From IMG/VR virus record IMGVR_UViG_3300027608_000010: a stretch of DNA of 64,000 bases; one strand, written 5' to 3'. The translations under genes and the position numbers were made by a program. Each line of letters starts with the position of its first letter. Within the stretch, counting starts at the first letter, position 1. This DNA comes from a virus (Duplodnaviria > Caudoviricetes). Below, piece after piece: positions 18,997 through 30,043 of the stretch. The notes beneath the pieces are model-generated. The model was given only the letters and a program-made list of their open reading frames with translations. It searched no databases and was not told where the DNA came from.

Positions 18997-21900
18997 ATGG
19001 CACTAGTATCACCAGGCGTAGAAGTAAATATCATCGACCAAAGTCAATATTTACCAGCAGCCACAAATTCAGTTCCGTTGCTAATTGTTGCATCAGCACA
19101 AAATAAAGCAAACGCCGCAGGCACAGCAGTAGCTGTAGGAACAACAAAAGCAAATGCAGGTAAATTATATCAAGTAACAAGTCAACGTGACTTAACTACT
19201 TTGTTTGGTAATCCATTCTTCTATAAGACAACAAATGGTACACCGATTCATGGATATGAATTAAACGAATATGGTTTATTAGCAGCCTATTCATTATTGG
19301 GCACAACAAATCGTTGCTATATTTTAAGAGCAGATATCGATTTATCAGAATTTGTAGGATCAGTTTCTAGACCATCAGGTGAAGCGGTAGATGGTACATA
19401 TTGGTTAGATACAACTAATAGTACATGGGGCATTTATGAATTTAATGCTACGTCTGGTAAGTTTGTTAATCAAATTCCATATGTTCTTACAAGTACCGAT
19501 CAATTAACTGATGCACGACATCCATTAGATACCATTGGTAACGTGGGAGAATATGCAATTGTTGCAATGCATCACGCTGGTGAGCCTGCCGGGGATAGTA
19601 CCTATTTCTATAAAATGATGGATAATACATGGATGACATTAAATAGTGATTCATTGGCTTCAAGTAATCCATCAGTAAGTTCTACTATCTCTAATCCAAC
19701 ATTAACTACTGGATATAGTTTTGATATAACATTAACCTGTGAGGCAAGCGGAATGGCATCAACAACCAATATTATTGTAGCCGCCGGTGATGATGTGAAC
19801 GATATTGCAACTTATCTTAATAATTTAAACGACATTCAATTTAACGCTGACGTAATTGATAATAAATTGAATATCTATGTAGTTGATGGAAATATTGTCA
19901 CATTAGCTAATCATTCCACTGACGGTTCCTTGCTTACTCAATTGGGAATTACTGCAGGTTCTTATTATGGTGTTACATGTCATTATGGTACCAGTGCTCA
20001 AATGCCATTATGGACTTCAAGTCAGGCAAAACCCCGTGCTACTGGATCTGTTTGGATTAAAACAAGCAGCGCCGGGAATGGATTATCACTATCACTCTCA
20101 AAATATAGCGTAGCAACTGCTAGTTGGACTTCACAATTTGTTTCAGCATATGGTAGCGAAATTAACGCAACCGCTGCATTAGATAGTACTGGTGGAAAGG
20201 CTATTCCCCAAAATACAATTTTTGCAAGATATGCTAGTCCTGGTGCTGGCGGTAGTCAAAGTACTGCACCAGTAAAATTATTTAATAGACTGGCTACGGG
20301 GCCTACAGTTACTACTACAACAATAGCTAACCCTACAATTACTACAGGCAATAGTTTTACTGTATATGTGAGTATTCCTGGTGAAAGATTGTCTAGTATA
20401 GATTTACCCGCAACCAAAATAATATTCGAGAATACAGGAACAACCGCGGCTTCATTTGTTACAGATTGGCAAAATGCTCAAATTCCCTATACAACTGCTA
20501 CATTAACAACTGATGGAACTATTCAAATTACTCATACATTAGGTGGTGAAATTTTTATATCAGATATTGACCCTATAACACTCCAACGCTCAGATGTATT
20601 GTATGCTGATTTAGGATTTGATGGGGTAGGTATTAAATATGGACCGATACATACATTTACTGTATCTGTTACACCTGAAGCAGTAACAACATCCGGCACA
20701 GGTGGATCAATTTCCGTGTCTGTGGATAGTGCAGGAAAATATATAATAAACACTGTTAGTGGTGGTTCCGGTTACGCAGTGGGTGATGTTTTAAAAGTCA
20801 GTGGTGGTTATCTTAGTGGTTCTAACGGTGTTAATGATTTGAAATTAAATGTCACTAAAGTTAATGCAGGATCTTTGGAATCAGTTAGAATATCAACAAC
20901 AACTCAATTTGCAGATAGAAAGTATTATACCCAAATTTCAAATTGGGAAGAAATTGAGTATACTGCAAATGAAGGTGCTCCTGTAGAATTACCTGCAAAC
21001 GGTAGATATTGGTACTTTAGCACACCAAGTCAAGTTGATATCATGGTCAACCAAGGTGGAGTATGGAAGGGATATAGAAATGTAAACTTTGATAGTTCTG
21101 GTCATCCAGCTAACTCAGGAACAAATAATACTGATTCTACGGGCCCTATTGTTAGTGCATCAGCACCAATAACGCAAAGTGATGGAACTGTATTGGTTTA
21201 TGGTGATCTATGGCTTGATTCTGCTGATTTAGAAAACTATCCAATGTTATATCGTTGGGAAGCAGTTAGTAGTGTAGATCAATGGGTTTTGATTGATAAA
21301 AATGACCAAACTAGTAGTAATGGTATTTTGTTTGCTGATGCAAGATGGAGTCATTCGGGTGCTGTGAATCCAGTAGATGATCCTATTCCATCTATAACTA
21401 CTTTATTAACTAGTAATCACTTAGATTTAGATGCACCAAATCCAGCTTTATCTCCACAGGGTATGTTATTATTCAATACACGCCGTTCAGGATACAATAT
21501 TAAAGAATTCAAGACTAATTATTTTACAAACAAAAATTATCCTAATGCCGGTAACTATAATTCAGGCGCACCGACAAACAATGCTAATTTACCTCAAGTA
21601 AGTTATGCTTGGGTTAGTGCTAGCGGATTGAAGTCAGATGGTTCGGCTTACTTAGGTCGTCACGCACAGCGTCATATGATTGTGTCAGCGATGAAATCGG
21701 TAATTGATACAAATCAAACTATACGTGAAGAAGATAATTTCTTTAACTTGATAGCAGCTCCTGGTTATCCAGAACTACAACCTAATATGGTAACGTTAAA
21801 CAATGACCGCAATAATACTGCTTACATTGTAGGTGATACTCCATTAAGATTACCAGATCAAGCTACTAATATTACAAATTGGGCGACTAATGAAGCATTA

Positions 21901-22596
21901 GCAACCGAGTCAGGTGAAGATGGTTGGGTTACCCGTGATACGTATTTAGGTGTGTTCTACCCAAGCGGTATTACATCAGATACAACAGGTACAGCCGCAG
22001 TTGTTCCTGCAAGTCATATGATGTTACGCACGTTACTAAGAAACGATACATTGGGTTATCCTTGGTTAGCTCCAGCAGGTACACGCCGTGGTACAATTGA
22101 CAACGCTACAAATATTGGATACTTAGATGCTACTACTGGTGAATTCCAAGTAGTTAAGAATCGTATGAGTATTCGTGATGTGTTATATTTGAATCAAATC
22201 AATCCATTAGCATTCTTTACTGGTGTTGGTCTATTGAATTATGGTAATAAGAACTCATTTGATTCACAATCAGCATTGGATCGCATCAATGTATCACGTT
22301 TAGTTTGTTATATTCGTGAAAGACTGCAAGTTGCGGCTCGTCCATTCGTATTCGAACCAAACGATGCTCTTACACGTAATCAACTTACCGGTGTTGTTCA
22401 GTCATTGTTTATTGACTTAGTTGGAAAGCGCGGATTGTATGACTATCTAGTTGTATGTGATGCAAGTAATAATACTCCATCTAGAATTGATAGAAATGAA
22501 TTGTGGATTGATATTGCAATTGAGCCAGTTAAGGCAGCAGAATTCATTTACATACCGGTTCGTGTTATGAACACCGGGGCTATTGGAGCTCAATAA
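18997..22596 (+). CDS. contractile tail sheath protein (T4 gp18-like)
   Basis: MALVSPGV start; FNLIAAPGYP, PWLAPAGTRRG, INPL, RINVSRL, FVFEPND and IEPVKAAEFIYIP motifs. Confidence 0.95.
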   Translation: MALVSPGVEVNIIDQSQYLPAATNSVPLLIVASAQNKANAAGTAVAVGTTKANAGKLYQVTSQRDLTTLFGNPFFYKTTNGTPIHGYELNEYGLLAAYSLLGTTNRCYILRADIDLSEFVGSVSRPSGEAVDGTYWLDTTNSTWGIYEFNATSGKFVNQIPYVLTSTDQLTDARHPLDTIGNVGEYAIVAMHHAGEPAGDSTYFYKMMDNTWMTLNSDSLASSNPSVSSTISNPTLTTGYSFDITLTCEASGMASTTNIIVAAGDDVNDIATYLNNLNDIQFNADVIDNKLNIYVVDGNIVTLANHSTDGSLLTQLGITAGSYYGVTCHYGTSAQMPLWTSSQAKPRATGSVWIKTSSAGNGLSLSLSKYSVATASWTSQFVSAYGSEINATAALDSTGGKAIPQNTIFARYASPGAGGSQSTAPVKLFNRLATGPTVTTTTIANPTITTGNSFTVYVSIPGERLSSIDLPATKIIFENTGTTAASFVTDWQNAQIPYTTATLTTDGTIQITHTLGGEIFISDIDPITLQRSDVLYADLGFDGVGIKYGPIHTFTVSVTPEAVTTSGTGGSISVSVDSAGKYIINTVSGGSGYAVGDVLKVSGGYLSGSNGVNDLKLNVTKVNAGSLESVRISTTTQFADRKYYTQISNWEEIEYTANEGAPVELPANGRYWYFSTPSQVDIMVNQGGVWKGYRNVNFDSSGHPANSGTNNTDSTGPIVSASAPITQSDGTVLVYGDLWLDSADLENYPMLYRWEAVSSVDQWVLIDKNDQTSSNGILFADARWSHSGAVNPVDDPIPSITTLLTSNHLDLDAPNPALSPQGMLLFNTRRSGYNIKEFKTNYFTNKNYPNAGNYNSGAPTNNANLPQVSYAWVSASGLKSDGSAYLGRHAQRHMIVSAMKSVIDTNQTIREEDNFFNLIAAPGYPELQPNMVTLNNDRNNTAYIVGDTPLRLPDQATNITNWATNEALATESGEDGWVTRDTYLGVFYPSGITSDTTGTAAVVPASHMMLRTLLRNDTLGYPWLAPAGTRRGTIDNATNIGYLDATTGEFQVVKNRMSIRDVLYLNQINPLAFFTGVGLLNYGNKNSFDSQSALDRINVSRLVCYIRERLQVAARPFVFEPNDALTRNQLTGVVQSLFIDLVGKRGLYDYLVVCDASNNTPSRIDRNELWIDIAIEPVKAAEFIYIPVRVMNTGAIGAQ

Positions 22597-22600
22597 ATAC

Positions 22601-22618
22601 ACTCCCCTCAGGGGGAGT
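22601..22618 (+). terminator. GC-rich hairpin after sheath gene (terminator or processing site)
   Basis: ACTCCCC-TCAG-GGGGAGT; T-tract is weak. Confidence 0.55.
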
Positions 22619-22652
22619 TATTTAAGATAAATAATATATAGGAGATAGTAAT

Positions 22653-23282
22653 ATGGCAACAGCCTCAAATTCATTGTTCAACATGACTGTCGGATCAGAC
22701 AACACACCTAGTTCTCAGGGTTTGTTAATGCCTAAACTACAGTTTAGATTCAGAGCATTATTTTTAAACTTTGGTACAGGTGGTGCAACTCAAGAGTTAA
22801 CCAAACAAGTTATGGATATACAACGTCCCAACGTTTCTTTTGAAGAAACAGTAATCGACATTTACAACAGTAAAGTATATCTAGCCGGCAAACATTCTTG
22901 GCAAGAAACGCAAATTAATTTGCGTGATGATGCTGCCGGTAATGTTTCAAAATTAGTTGGTCAGCAACTACAGAAACAATTTGACTTTGTTGAGCAAGCA
23001 AGTGCGGCTTCAGGCCAGGACTACAAGTTCCAGATTAACTATGAAATTCTAGACGGTGGTAATGGTACATTGGTTCCTAATGTACTAGAAACCTGGGAAT
23101 TGTATGGATGTTTTATTAAATCAGCAAACTACAATAACATGGATTATAAATCAAATGATCCAGTATCTATTCAGTTATCTATCCGTTTTGATAATGCAAT
23201 TCAATCTCCATTAAGTTCTGGCGTTGGTACTAATGTTGGTCGTGCATTTGGTGGAACATCGGTCACTGGTTTAGGCAGTTAA
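22653..23282 (+). CDS. tail tube protein (T4 gp19-like)
   Basis: LMPKLQFRFR, YLAGKHSWQ and WELYGCFI motifs; follows sheath gene. Confidence 0.9.
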   Translation: MATASNSLFNMTVGSDNTPSSQGLLMPKLQFRFRALFLNFGTGGATQELTKQVMDIQRPNVSFEETVIDIYNSKVYLAGKHSWQETQINLRDDAAGNVSKLVGQQLQKQFDFVEQASAASGQDYKFQINYEILDGGNGTLVPNVLETWELYGCFIKSANYNNMDYKSNDPVSIQLSIRFDNAIQSPLSSGVGTNVGRAFGGTSVTGLGS

Positions 23283-23294
23283 CTTAGGTAAACA

Positions 23295-24596
23295 ATGGCA
23301 TTCAGTATTGATGGCCTTGTAAATGGCAATTTTGGCAAAGGCAAAGATGTCGTCAGCGGCGCCGTCAAAGATATTTTTGGAATAGATGTTGCTGCCGAAG
23401 CAGGGAATGCCGCAAAGGCATTCTTTGGTGGCGGCGAATACTTACGTGATGCTACTCATGCAAGTAAAACTTTTACTCCAAATAATTATGCTTATGCTCC
23501 CAAGTTTAAACATTTATTTCACGTATATTTTGATATAAACACTGCATTGACTGAAGTAGGTAATAATTGGCCGGAAGATGCTAATTTTAGTTTGAATGTA
23601 AAATCAATTCAACTACCTAAATTCAATTTTGAAACACATTCCTTAAATCAATATAACCGTAAACGTATTGTACAGACTAAAGTAAAATATGAGGCGGTAT
23701 CAATAAAATTCCATGATGATAATAGTAATCTAGTTAATAAATTATGGCATGCTTATTATACATATTACTATAAAGATGCCGCACAAGTTGATATAAATTC
23801 TTCTAGGACAGCAGGGGGATCTACCTCAGGAATAGGTAAACGCTATGAAGATAATAGAAATTTATATGATACTATTATTCCAAACAATGATGATTGGGGT
23901 TTTATCGGTGAGGGAAACCCATCGCTAACAACAACATCTGGTTTGCTAGGCAGTCCTAAAATTGCTTTTTTTAAATCTATAAACATCTTTGGATTTCATC
24001 AACATAATTTTATGATGTATAAATTGATAAATCCTATAATTTCATCATTTAACCACGATCAATATTCATATTCTGAAGCCGGCGTGATGGAAAATAATAT
24101 GACAATTGAATATGAAACTGTCAAATATTTTCAAGGAGCACTCAATGGCCAAAACCCCGGCGCTATTGTGTCGGGATTTGGTGATCCGGGACATTATGAT
24201 ACTAGACTTAGCCCTAATGGTAAAGCAGGGAGTAATGCAAGCATCCTTGGGCAAGGTGGCGCGGTTGATGCTATTGATGGTATCATAGATGATATTTCTA
24301 CTGGAAATTTTACTGGCGCAATACAAAAAGCAGGAACTGCATATAAAACATTTGATTTGAAAAATGGATTAGGTAAAACACTTAGCATTGCAAAAGGCGA
24401 GGCGGGCGGTATCATATCTAATAAAATAATGGCTCCTAGTAATAGGGGAGGATTTGATTTTCCTAGTGCCGCATCGTCAGGTATTAATAACGGAATTCAA
24501 AAAGGAGTTGATGTTGTTAAAGGAGCATTTACACGTGCCCCGGCTAAATCTCAACCTCAAGTTATTGGTCAAGGCCAGGATGCTAGGTACGACTAA
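23295..24596 (+). CDS. tail-tube-like baseplate initiator (gp48/gp54-like)
   Basis: Tube-fold motifs VKSIQLPKF, NQYNRKR and ISIKFHDD-type segment; adjacent to tube gene. Confidence 0.6.
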   Translation: MAFSIDGLVNGNFGKGKDVVSGAVKDIFGIDVAAEAGNAAKAFFGGGEYLRDATHASKTFTPNNYAYAPKFKHLFHVYFDINTALTEVGNNWPEDANFSLNVKSIQLPKFNFETHSLNQYNRKRIVQTKVKYEAVSIKFHDDNSNLVNKLWHAYYTYYYKDAAQVDINSSRTAGGSTSGIGKRYEDNRNLYDTIIPNNDDWGFIGEGNPSLTTTSGLLGSPKIAFFKSINIFGFHQHNFMMYKLINPIISSFNHDQYSYSEAGVMENNMTIEYETVKYFQGALNGQNPGAIVSGFGDPGHYDTRLSPNGKAGSNASILGQGGAVDAIDGIIDDISTGNFTGAIQKAGTAYKTFDLKNGLGKTLSIAKGEAGGIISNKIMAPSNRGGFDFPSAASSGINNGIQKGVDVVKGAFTRAPAKSQPQVIGQGQDARYD

Positions 24597-24641
24597 ATAC
24601 TAACCAAAACAGTATAGCATAAATATATCTACGAGGTAGAT

Positions 24642-25007
24642 ATGGCACAAATAATAGACGGACCACAAACACAATTAGATAGAACTGTTAAAATTTTTGA
24701 CAGCTACTATAATTTCACCGCTTCAGTTGGTGCCAATCAATATGAAATAGTTTTTTCATATTTTTTATCTGTTTGCAAAAGTAGAAATACTGCTAAAAAT
24801 TTCACAGCAATGTTGTTTAGAATTGCTTCTACTATTGATGAAAACCCAATGACATTATTAGATTATCTACAGGGTACTGGAGATAAAATGAAGGCTACAC
24901 GATTAATGGTTTATTATCTTAACAGTTTAAAAAGTAAAACTACATTATATGGTGTAAATGCAGAACCTACACCCAATGAATCAATTCAACGAAACATAGT
25001 AACGTAA
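24642..25007 (+). CDS. hypothetical protein
   Basis: 121 aa; late motif at 24618-24625 and RBS-occluding hairpin. Confidence 0.65.
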   Translation: MAQIIDGPQTQLDRTVKIFDSYYNFTASVGANQYEIVFSYFLSVCKSRNTAKNFTAMLFRIASTIDENPMTLLDYLQGTGDKMKATRLMVYYLNSLKSKTTLYGVNAEPTPNESIQRNIVT

Positions 25008-25444
25008 TGGCTAGTTTTGCACAGGGTATATATGAAGTACAGAATCCCGAGAAATATATAGGAAAACATAAACCTAGATATCGTAGTGGTTGGGAAATGA
25101 CTTTTATGATGTTTTGTGATAACAATAAGAACGTACTTAAGTGGGCTAGCGAAGCAATCAGTATCCCATACCGCCACCCATTAACTGGTAAGATGTCAAT
25201 GTACATACCCGACTTCTTTGTAGTGTATGCAAACAGACATGGAAAACAGATAGCAGAAGTTGTAGAAATCAAACCTAAAAAACAAAGTCTTATTGAAAGC
25301 AAAGTAGCTAGTGCTAGAGATAGGGCTATTGTCGCAGTCAATCATGCTAAATGGGTAGCAGCCAATGCTTATTGTAGACAGAATGGATTTGCTTTTCGGG
25401 TGGTTACAGAGGATGACCTTTTTCATCAGGGCCGTCGTAAGTAA
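25007..25444 (+). CDS. head completion nuclease-like protein (T4 gp4-like)
   Basis: YRSGWE, YIPDFF, EIKPKKQ and VNHAKW motifs. Confidence 0.88.
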   Translation: MASFAQGIYEVQNPEKYIGKHKPRYRSGWEMTFMMFCDNNKNVLKWASEAISIPYRHPLTGKMSMYIPDFFVVYANRHGKQIAEVVEIKPKKQSLIESKVASARDRAIVAVNHAKWVAANAYCRQNGFAFRVVTEDDLFHQGRRK

Positions 25445-25471
25445 TAAATATACTGTTATTTAGGATAGCAC

Positions 25472-25957
25472 ATGACAAAAAAGTTAGAAGAATTATTTGA
25501 ACTACCAATTGATGATGAGGTAAACAATCAAGTGTTTGAAAACACACAGGTTAGTTTTGTCACACAAGAAACATACGATACATTACAGAAAATTGAGATT
25601 GCTTTGCCCCAAGTTCGTGGGTTAGAAGCAAGCGATAATGAAATGGACGAACTTGCATCATTGGCTACTAGTAGCTATAAAGACTTGATGGATTTAGGTA
25701 TGCAAGTAGATAGTCGCTTTTCAGCCGAAATATTCAATAGTGCAAGCGGTATGTTAGGACATGCTATCACTGCTAAGACTGCAAAGATTAATAAGAAGTT
25801 AAAAATGCTTGATTTACAGTTAAAGAAAGCACAGTTAGATCAAAAAATTGCAAGTAAAACTGAAGAAATTGAGAATACCCCGTTAGGTGAGGGTAGTCTA
25901 GTTGACCGTAATGAGTTGCTAAAAACCATATTGGCAAACAAAAAAACGGATAATTGA
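25472..25957 (+). CDS. hypothetical helical protein, possibly terminase small subunit
   Basis: Helical and coiled-coil, loosely similar in pattern to T4-like gp16; late motif at 25443. Confidence 0.4.
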   Translation: MTKKLEELFELPIDDEVNNQVFENTQVSFVTQETYDTLQKIEIALPQVRGLEASDNEMDELASLATSSYKDLMDLGMQVDSRFSAEIFNSASGMLGHAITAKTAKINKKLKMLDLQLKKAQLDQKIASKTEEIENTPLGEGSLVDRNELLKTILANKKTDN

Positions 25958-25982
25958 TAAATAATAGAATAGGAATAACATA

Positions 25983-26591
25983 ATGAAAACCCTTCGTCAT
26001 TACTTAATGGAAAGTGTTCGCACATACAACTACACGATTAAAATCTTGGGTGATGTAGAGAACAAAAACTTATTGAATATGTTTATACATAATCTAAGTA
26101 AATTTGATCCTGTAAAAATCAGTGATCCCAAAACAACTGTAATTCAAAAAAATCCTTATGGATTCCCACTTGAAGAAACGAATCAAAGTGTAATAATTAT
26201 TCAAGCTGAATTCAAATATCCAGCAACAGAACCGATGATTGTACAAATTGCACAACAATCAGGTCTAAGAAATATGATTCGTGCAGTAACAAAAGATTAC
26301 AATGACAGTATCAATGCTGAAAATGACAAATATGCTAATCAAGTGCAAGATGAAGAAAAGAAAGCATTATTAGATACACCTGAATTAGAAGATAACGGCA
26401 AACAAGCTAGCAAAGACTATGCTAATCAATATCTAGATAAAGTAATTCCAAAAGAATCAAGCATTGATATCCCTTATAATGCTAAGAAAACCCCAACAAT
26501 CAAGAACACAAGCAAAGATGGTATTCAAACAAAGAGTCCTTTTAGTAGTGTTAAGATGCCAGAAAGACCAGCAATCGGAGCACATAAATGA
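25983..26591 (+). CDS. hypothetical protein, putative head protein
   Basis: MKTLRHYLMES leader; late motif at 25956. Confidence 0.6.
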   Translation: MKTLRHYLMESVRTYNYTIKILGDVENKNLLNMFIHNLSKFDPVKISDPKTTVIQKNPYGFPLEETNQSVIIIQAEFKYPATEPMIVQIAQQSGLRNMIRAVTKDYNDSINAENDKYANQVQDEEKKALLDTPELEDNGKQASKDYANQYLDKVIPKESSIDIPYNAKKTPTIKNTSKDGIQTKSPFSSVKMPERPAIGAHK

Positions 26592-26809
26592 TCGACTTTA
26601 CTTCTACCCAACTCAGTTGGATACTCATCGGGGCTTGCAGTATAGGCGGTACTGGTTACATGTCTGTGGATACTAAAATTAAAGAGTTAGATACCAGTGT
26701 ACAAATATCAAGTGCAAAAATGGATGACATGAAAACAAATATGTCTGAGTTACAAAAACAATTAACTCGCATGGAAGACAAACTAGATAGAAAACAAGGA
26801 TCAAAATAA
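26588..26809 (+). CDS. small membrane-anchored coiled-coil protein
   Basis: Hydrophobic N-terminal segment followed by a heptad helix. Confidence 0.55.
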   Translation: MIDFTSTQLSWILIGACSIGGTGYMSVDTKIKELDTSVQISSAKMDDMKTNMSELQKQLTRMEDKLDRKQGSK

Positions 26810-29800
26810 TGGATTTTAAATCATTACTACAAACAATGGATAATATAAGTGAAACTGTACACAAAGCAGGTCCGGGCGGATATGGTAATCGTCATGGTAC
26901 AGAAACACAAACTGACCAATACGGTAAGCCGATTGGTAAAGTAAGTTTAGCTAAGATGGGTCCTAAAGATGATACACCTAAGAAACGTGGCGCACCTGTA
27001 AAGGCTGACAAGCCGTTGACAGGTAAAGATGATCCAAAAAATAAAAAAGTAGGTGACTTGTTTGGTCGCACTACCGGTGATGTACCAGCAGGTAAAAAAG
27101 GTACAAAAGTTTCTAAGATGGACGCCGCCGATAAGGAAGAAAAGAAAAAAGAAAAAACTGAAAAGAAAAGTTTAAAAGATTGGATTGAAGTATCTGAGCA
27201 CAATCAATTGAATGAAGAAGATGTTTCAGTCAAACCAATTCAAGCAAGTCAAATCATTGGTCAAGATGGTAAGTCAATGGGAACTGCTGATCCTGCAACT
27301 GCCAATGCTATTAAAGCGGCAGCTGAAAAAGGTACATTGAATTTGTCAGGTGATGATAGTAGTACTACTTCTAATAGCACTAGTTCACAACCAATGACTG
27401 AAAAATCTGACAAGCCAGTTAAAACTGACGCTTCAGCAGAAGGCAAGTATAAAGGCAAAAGTAAAAGCGAATTACTAAAAGCATTTAAGCATTTAAAGAA
27501 AACTGGACCTCATGAAAAAGATAGCACACAGTATAAAAACATGAAAGAATTAGCAGTTGCTATTCGTGCTAAGGGCGTCTCGGGTAAAGAAAAAGAAGAA
27601 CCGGTATCAGAAGGTGGGTACAGAGGTCGTGACGCTTACAGCCGAGACGAGTATTCGGCAACTACAGGCTTTGATAAGAAGGATTCTCAAGCATATCAAC
27701 AAGACGGTGGAGCCAATGATGAAGGTTGGGAAGATGAAAAACCTAAATATCCTAGAACATCTGATCGTATGAGACAAGCACAGCAACGCCATTATGGATT
27801 TAAACGCCCTAGTTCAGAATCTATTGGTGAAGGCGAAGGTAACTTTGAACAACAGGAAGAAGCGTATGTTGCCTGCATAGTGCAACATAACCGTTCAGGC
27901 CAAGCAGTTGTACAAAGAACAAAACCTATAAGTCGTGACCGAGCAGAAGAAGTAATTAAACATGCTCTTTCTAAAAATACATTTGTACACCCTCCATTCA
28001 TGACTATTTACCCAGCAAGTGCTGGTAAGTTAGACGGCTCAACTATTATGGCTCAATTTCCTGATATGAGTCAAGAAGCAGGTCCTGCTAATACTGGTAT
28101 GATGGAAGGTAAAGAAAAAACTAAGGCAAAAGACTTACCAGGTGATCAAGATGAATTAGATGTTGCACCACCAAAAGGTAAGTTAACTGGTGCAGACTTT
28201 AAAGCATTGTCAAAAAAGAAAAAAGTTAAAGAAGATCGTACTATGCAAATATTAGAAGGCATCAACTTTAAAGAATTAATGGCTTCAGCAGATTCAGAAG
28301 TACAAGAAATGTTGATTGAATTGCAAGATGATGTAGAGATGTTTAAAAAGACAGGTCACACATCTGAATTGATAGATTCATTCTTAAAAGTACATTTGCA
28401 TCACAGTAAAAAGAGAATTACAGATGAAGCCGCAGGCGCAGGACGTGGTTCAGTAAATCCACCGGCAGTTAATCCTTCAGCACCCTTGCCACCAGCAAGA
28501 TCCGCTGCACCAGGATGGGGCAGAGATGACTATAAACCTTTAGTACCTGACACCTCACCTAGACCAGCAATGGGCACCATCAAAGGTGGTGTATGGAATG
28601 CTGATCCTCCTAAGCCAGGTGAAAGAGGAGTACCCGTTCCAATGGATCCAGAAGGCGTTAAAGAAGGTAATTTTTTAAGTACATTAGGTCAATCTAATAA
28701 AACATTCGAAAGTAAAAAAATGAAAGATATTCAATTAGAAAACTGGGAAAAAGAATTAAATTCTTTACTAACTATCAATGAAGGCATTACTGTATCTACA
28801 AGTACTGGTCAACAAGGTTCACCTGACTCAGTTAGCGTTAATGCAACTGACGGAGATTCAGCAGAATTGTTACAAGTCCTACGTCAAGCTGGCTTAGGAG
28901 TGTTTGGTGGCGAAGAAGAACGTAGTAGTTACGGCTCACCAATGCACAGTCATGAACCAACAGGAGCTGGTTCTGAACCAGAAATGAGTCCAGCGGTAGT
29001 TGGAGACGGTGATGATATGATGGCATTGATTAAGAAAATGTCAGGTATACAAGATAGCGGCGATCAAGGAAGTGAAGAACCAGAAGGCGTTGCAGTAGTT
29101 GATTTTTCAAGTGAAGAAGGTTCAGAAGAAGATGATGAGCAAGCAAAACACGGTTCTGATGGTCATAGCCATGAAGAATCAGATGACGAAGGTGAAGAAA
29201 TTTCAGAATTAAGAGCAGAATATCCAGGTGGTAGCACAGATTTTAACACAGGTGAAGTTAAAACAACCGGAGCAACCAATGAAGATGAAATGGAAGAAGG
29301 TAATGCTTTTGGAAACGAAGTTCGCCAAAAGAAATCAGACAATATTCCTGATAGCCAACAACGCATCACAACAGGTGGACAAAATCTTCCAGTAAAAGAA
29401 GAAGGTCATCACCACGAAGAAGGTGGTACATGTAACGAATGCGGTATGTATGAAGCACGTTGTGTTTGTGAGCCGGGTAAAGAACAAGTTGAAGAAGAAC
29501 AACTAGATGAACTAAGTCCCAAGTTGATGCAAAAAGCGGTAAACAAATCAAACGCTATGATGAACAAGAGTTACCAAGATAAAGATCATAATGCCACAAC
29601 TGATTATGCAAATCAAAGTACTAGAATACAGCATGGCATGGATAAAAGAGCAGGTAAACCTACCGACTTCACTGGAAACAGTAACCATTACGTAAAAAAT
29701 GAACCAGGTGCTAATACAGCTAAAGGATCTCGTATGCCTGTTGGAATGGCAGAAGATTACGCAAACGAAGCTGGTCATGAAGAAATGGCTAGTTTAAAGC

Positions 29801-29946
29801 ATTTGTTAAACGTGGGCAATGATATGCACTACCCTAAAGAAAAACAATCTGTTGGCAATCCAACTAAAGTAACATATGAAACAAAGTTATTGAAAGATTC
29901 AACAAGTCTATTACACGACTTTAGAAAATTAAGCGGAATAAAATAA
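26809..29946 (+). CDS. large acidic low-complexity protein, putative internal head/core protein
   Basis: 1045 aa with many (L/I/V)xE motifs, an LDELSPK motif and a His/Cys cluster. Confidence 0.55.
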   Translation: MDFKSLLQTMDNISETVHKAGPGGYGNRHGTETQTDQYGKPIGKVSLAKMGPKDDTPKKRGAPVKADKPLTGKDDPKNKKVGDLFGRTTGDVPAGKKGTKVSKMDAADKEEKKKEKTEKKSLKDWIEVSEHNQLNEEDVSVKPIQASQIIGQDGKSMGTADPATANAIKAAAEKGTLNLSGDDSSTTSNSTSSQPMTEKSDKPVKTDASAEGKYKGKSKSELLKAFKHLKKTGPHEKDSTQYKNMKELAVAIRAKGVSGKEKEEPVSEGGYRGRDAYSRDEYSATTGFDKKDSQAYQQDGGANDEGWEDEKPKYPRTSDRMRQAQQRHYGFKRPSSESIGEGEGNFEQQEEAYVACIVQHNRSGQAVVQRTKPISRDRAEEVIKHALSKNTFVHPPFMTIYPASAGKLDGSTIMAQFPDMSQEAGPANTGMMEGKEKTKAKDLPGDQDELDVAPPKGKLTGADFKALSKKKKVKEDRTMQILEGINFKELMASADSEVQEMLIELQDDVEMFKKTGHTSELIDSFLKVHLHHSKKRITDEAAGAGRGSVNPPAVNPSAPLPPARSAAPGWGRDDYKPLVPDTSPRPAMGTIKGGVWNADPPKPGERGVPVPMDPEGVKEGNFLSTLGQSNKTFESKKMKDIQLENWEKELNSLLTINEGITVSTSTGQQGSPDSVSVNATDGDSAELLQVLRQAGLGVFGGEEERSSYGSPMHSHEPTGAGSEPEMSPAVVGDGDDMMALIKKMSGIQDSGDQGSEEPEGVAVVDFSSEEGSEEDDEQAKHGSDGHSHEESDDEGEEISELRAEYPGGSTDFNTGEVKTTGATNEDEMEEGNAFGNEVRQKKSDNIPDSQQRITTGGQNLPVKEEGHHHEEGGTCNECGMYEARCVCEPGKEQVEEEQLDELSPKLMQKAVNKSNAMMNKSYQDKDHNATTDYANQSTRIQHGMDKRAGKPTDFTGNSNHYVKNEPGANTAKGSRMPVGMAEDYANEAGHEEMASLKHLLNVGNDMHYPKEKQSVGNPTKVTYETKLLKDSTSLLHDFRKLSGIK

Positions 29947-29962
29947 TAAAAATCCGTACTTT

Positions 29963-29992
29963 AAATAGCTCGGTTCGCCGGGCTATTTTTTT
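29963..29992 (+). terminator. rho-independent terminator with UUCG loop
   Basis: AAATAGCTCGG-TTCG-CCGGGCTATTT followed by a T-tract. Confidence 0.9.
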
Positions 29993-30043
29993 GGTTCCAT
30001 CTTACTGATTAAAAACGATAAATACATAATAAGGTAGGATAAA

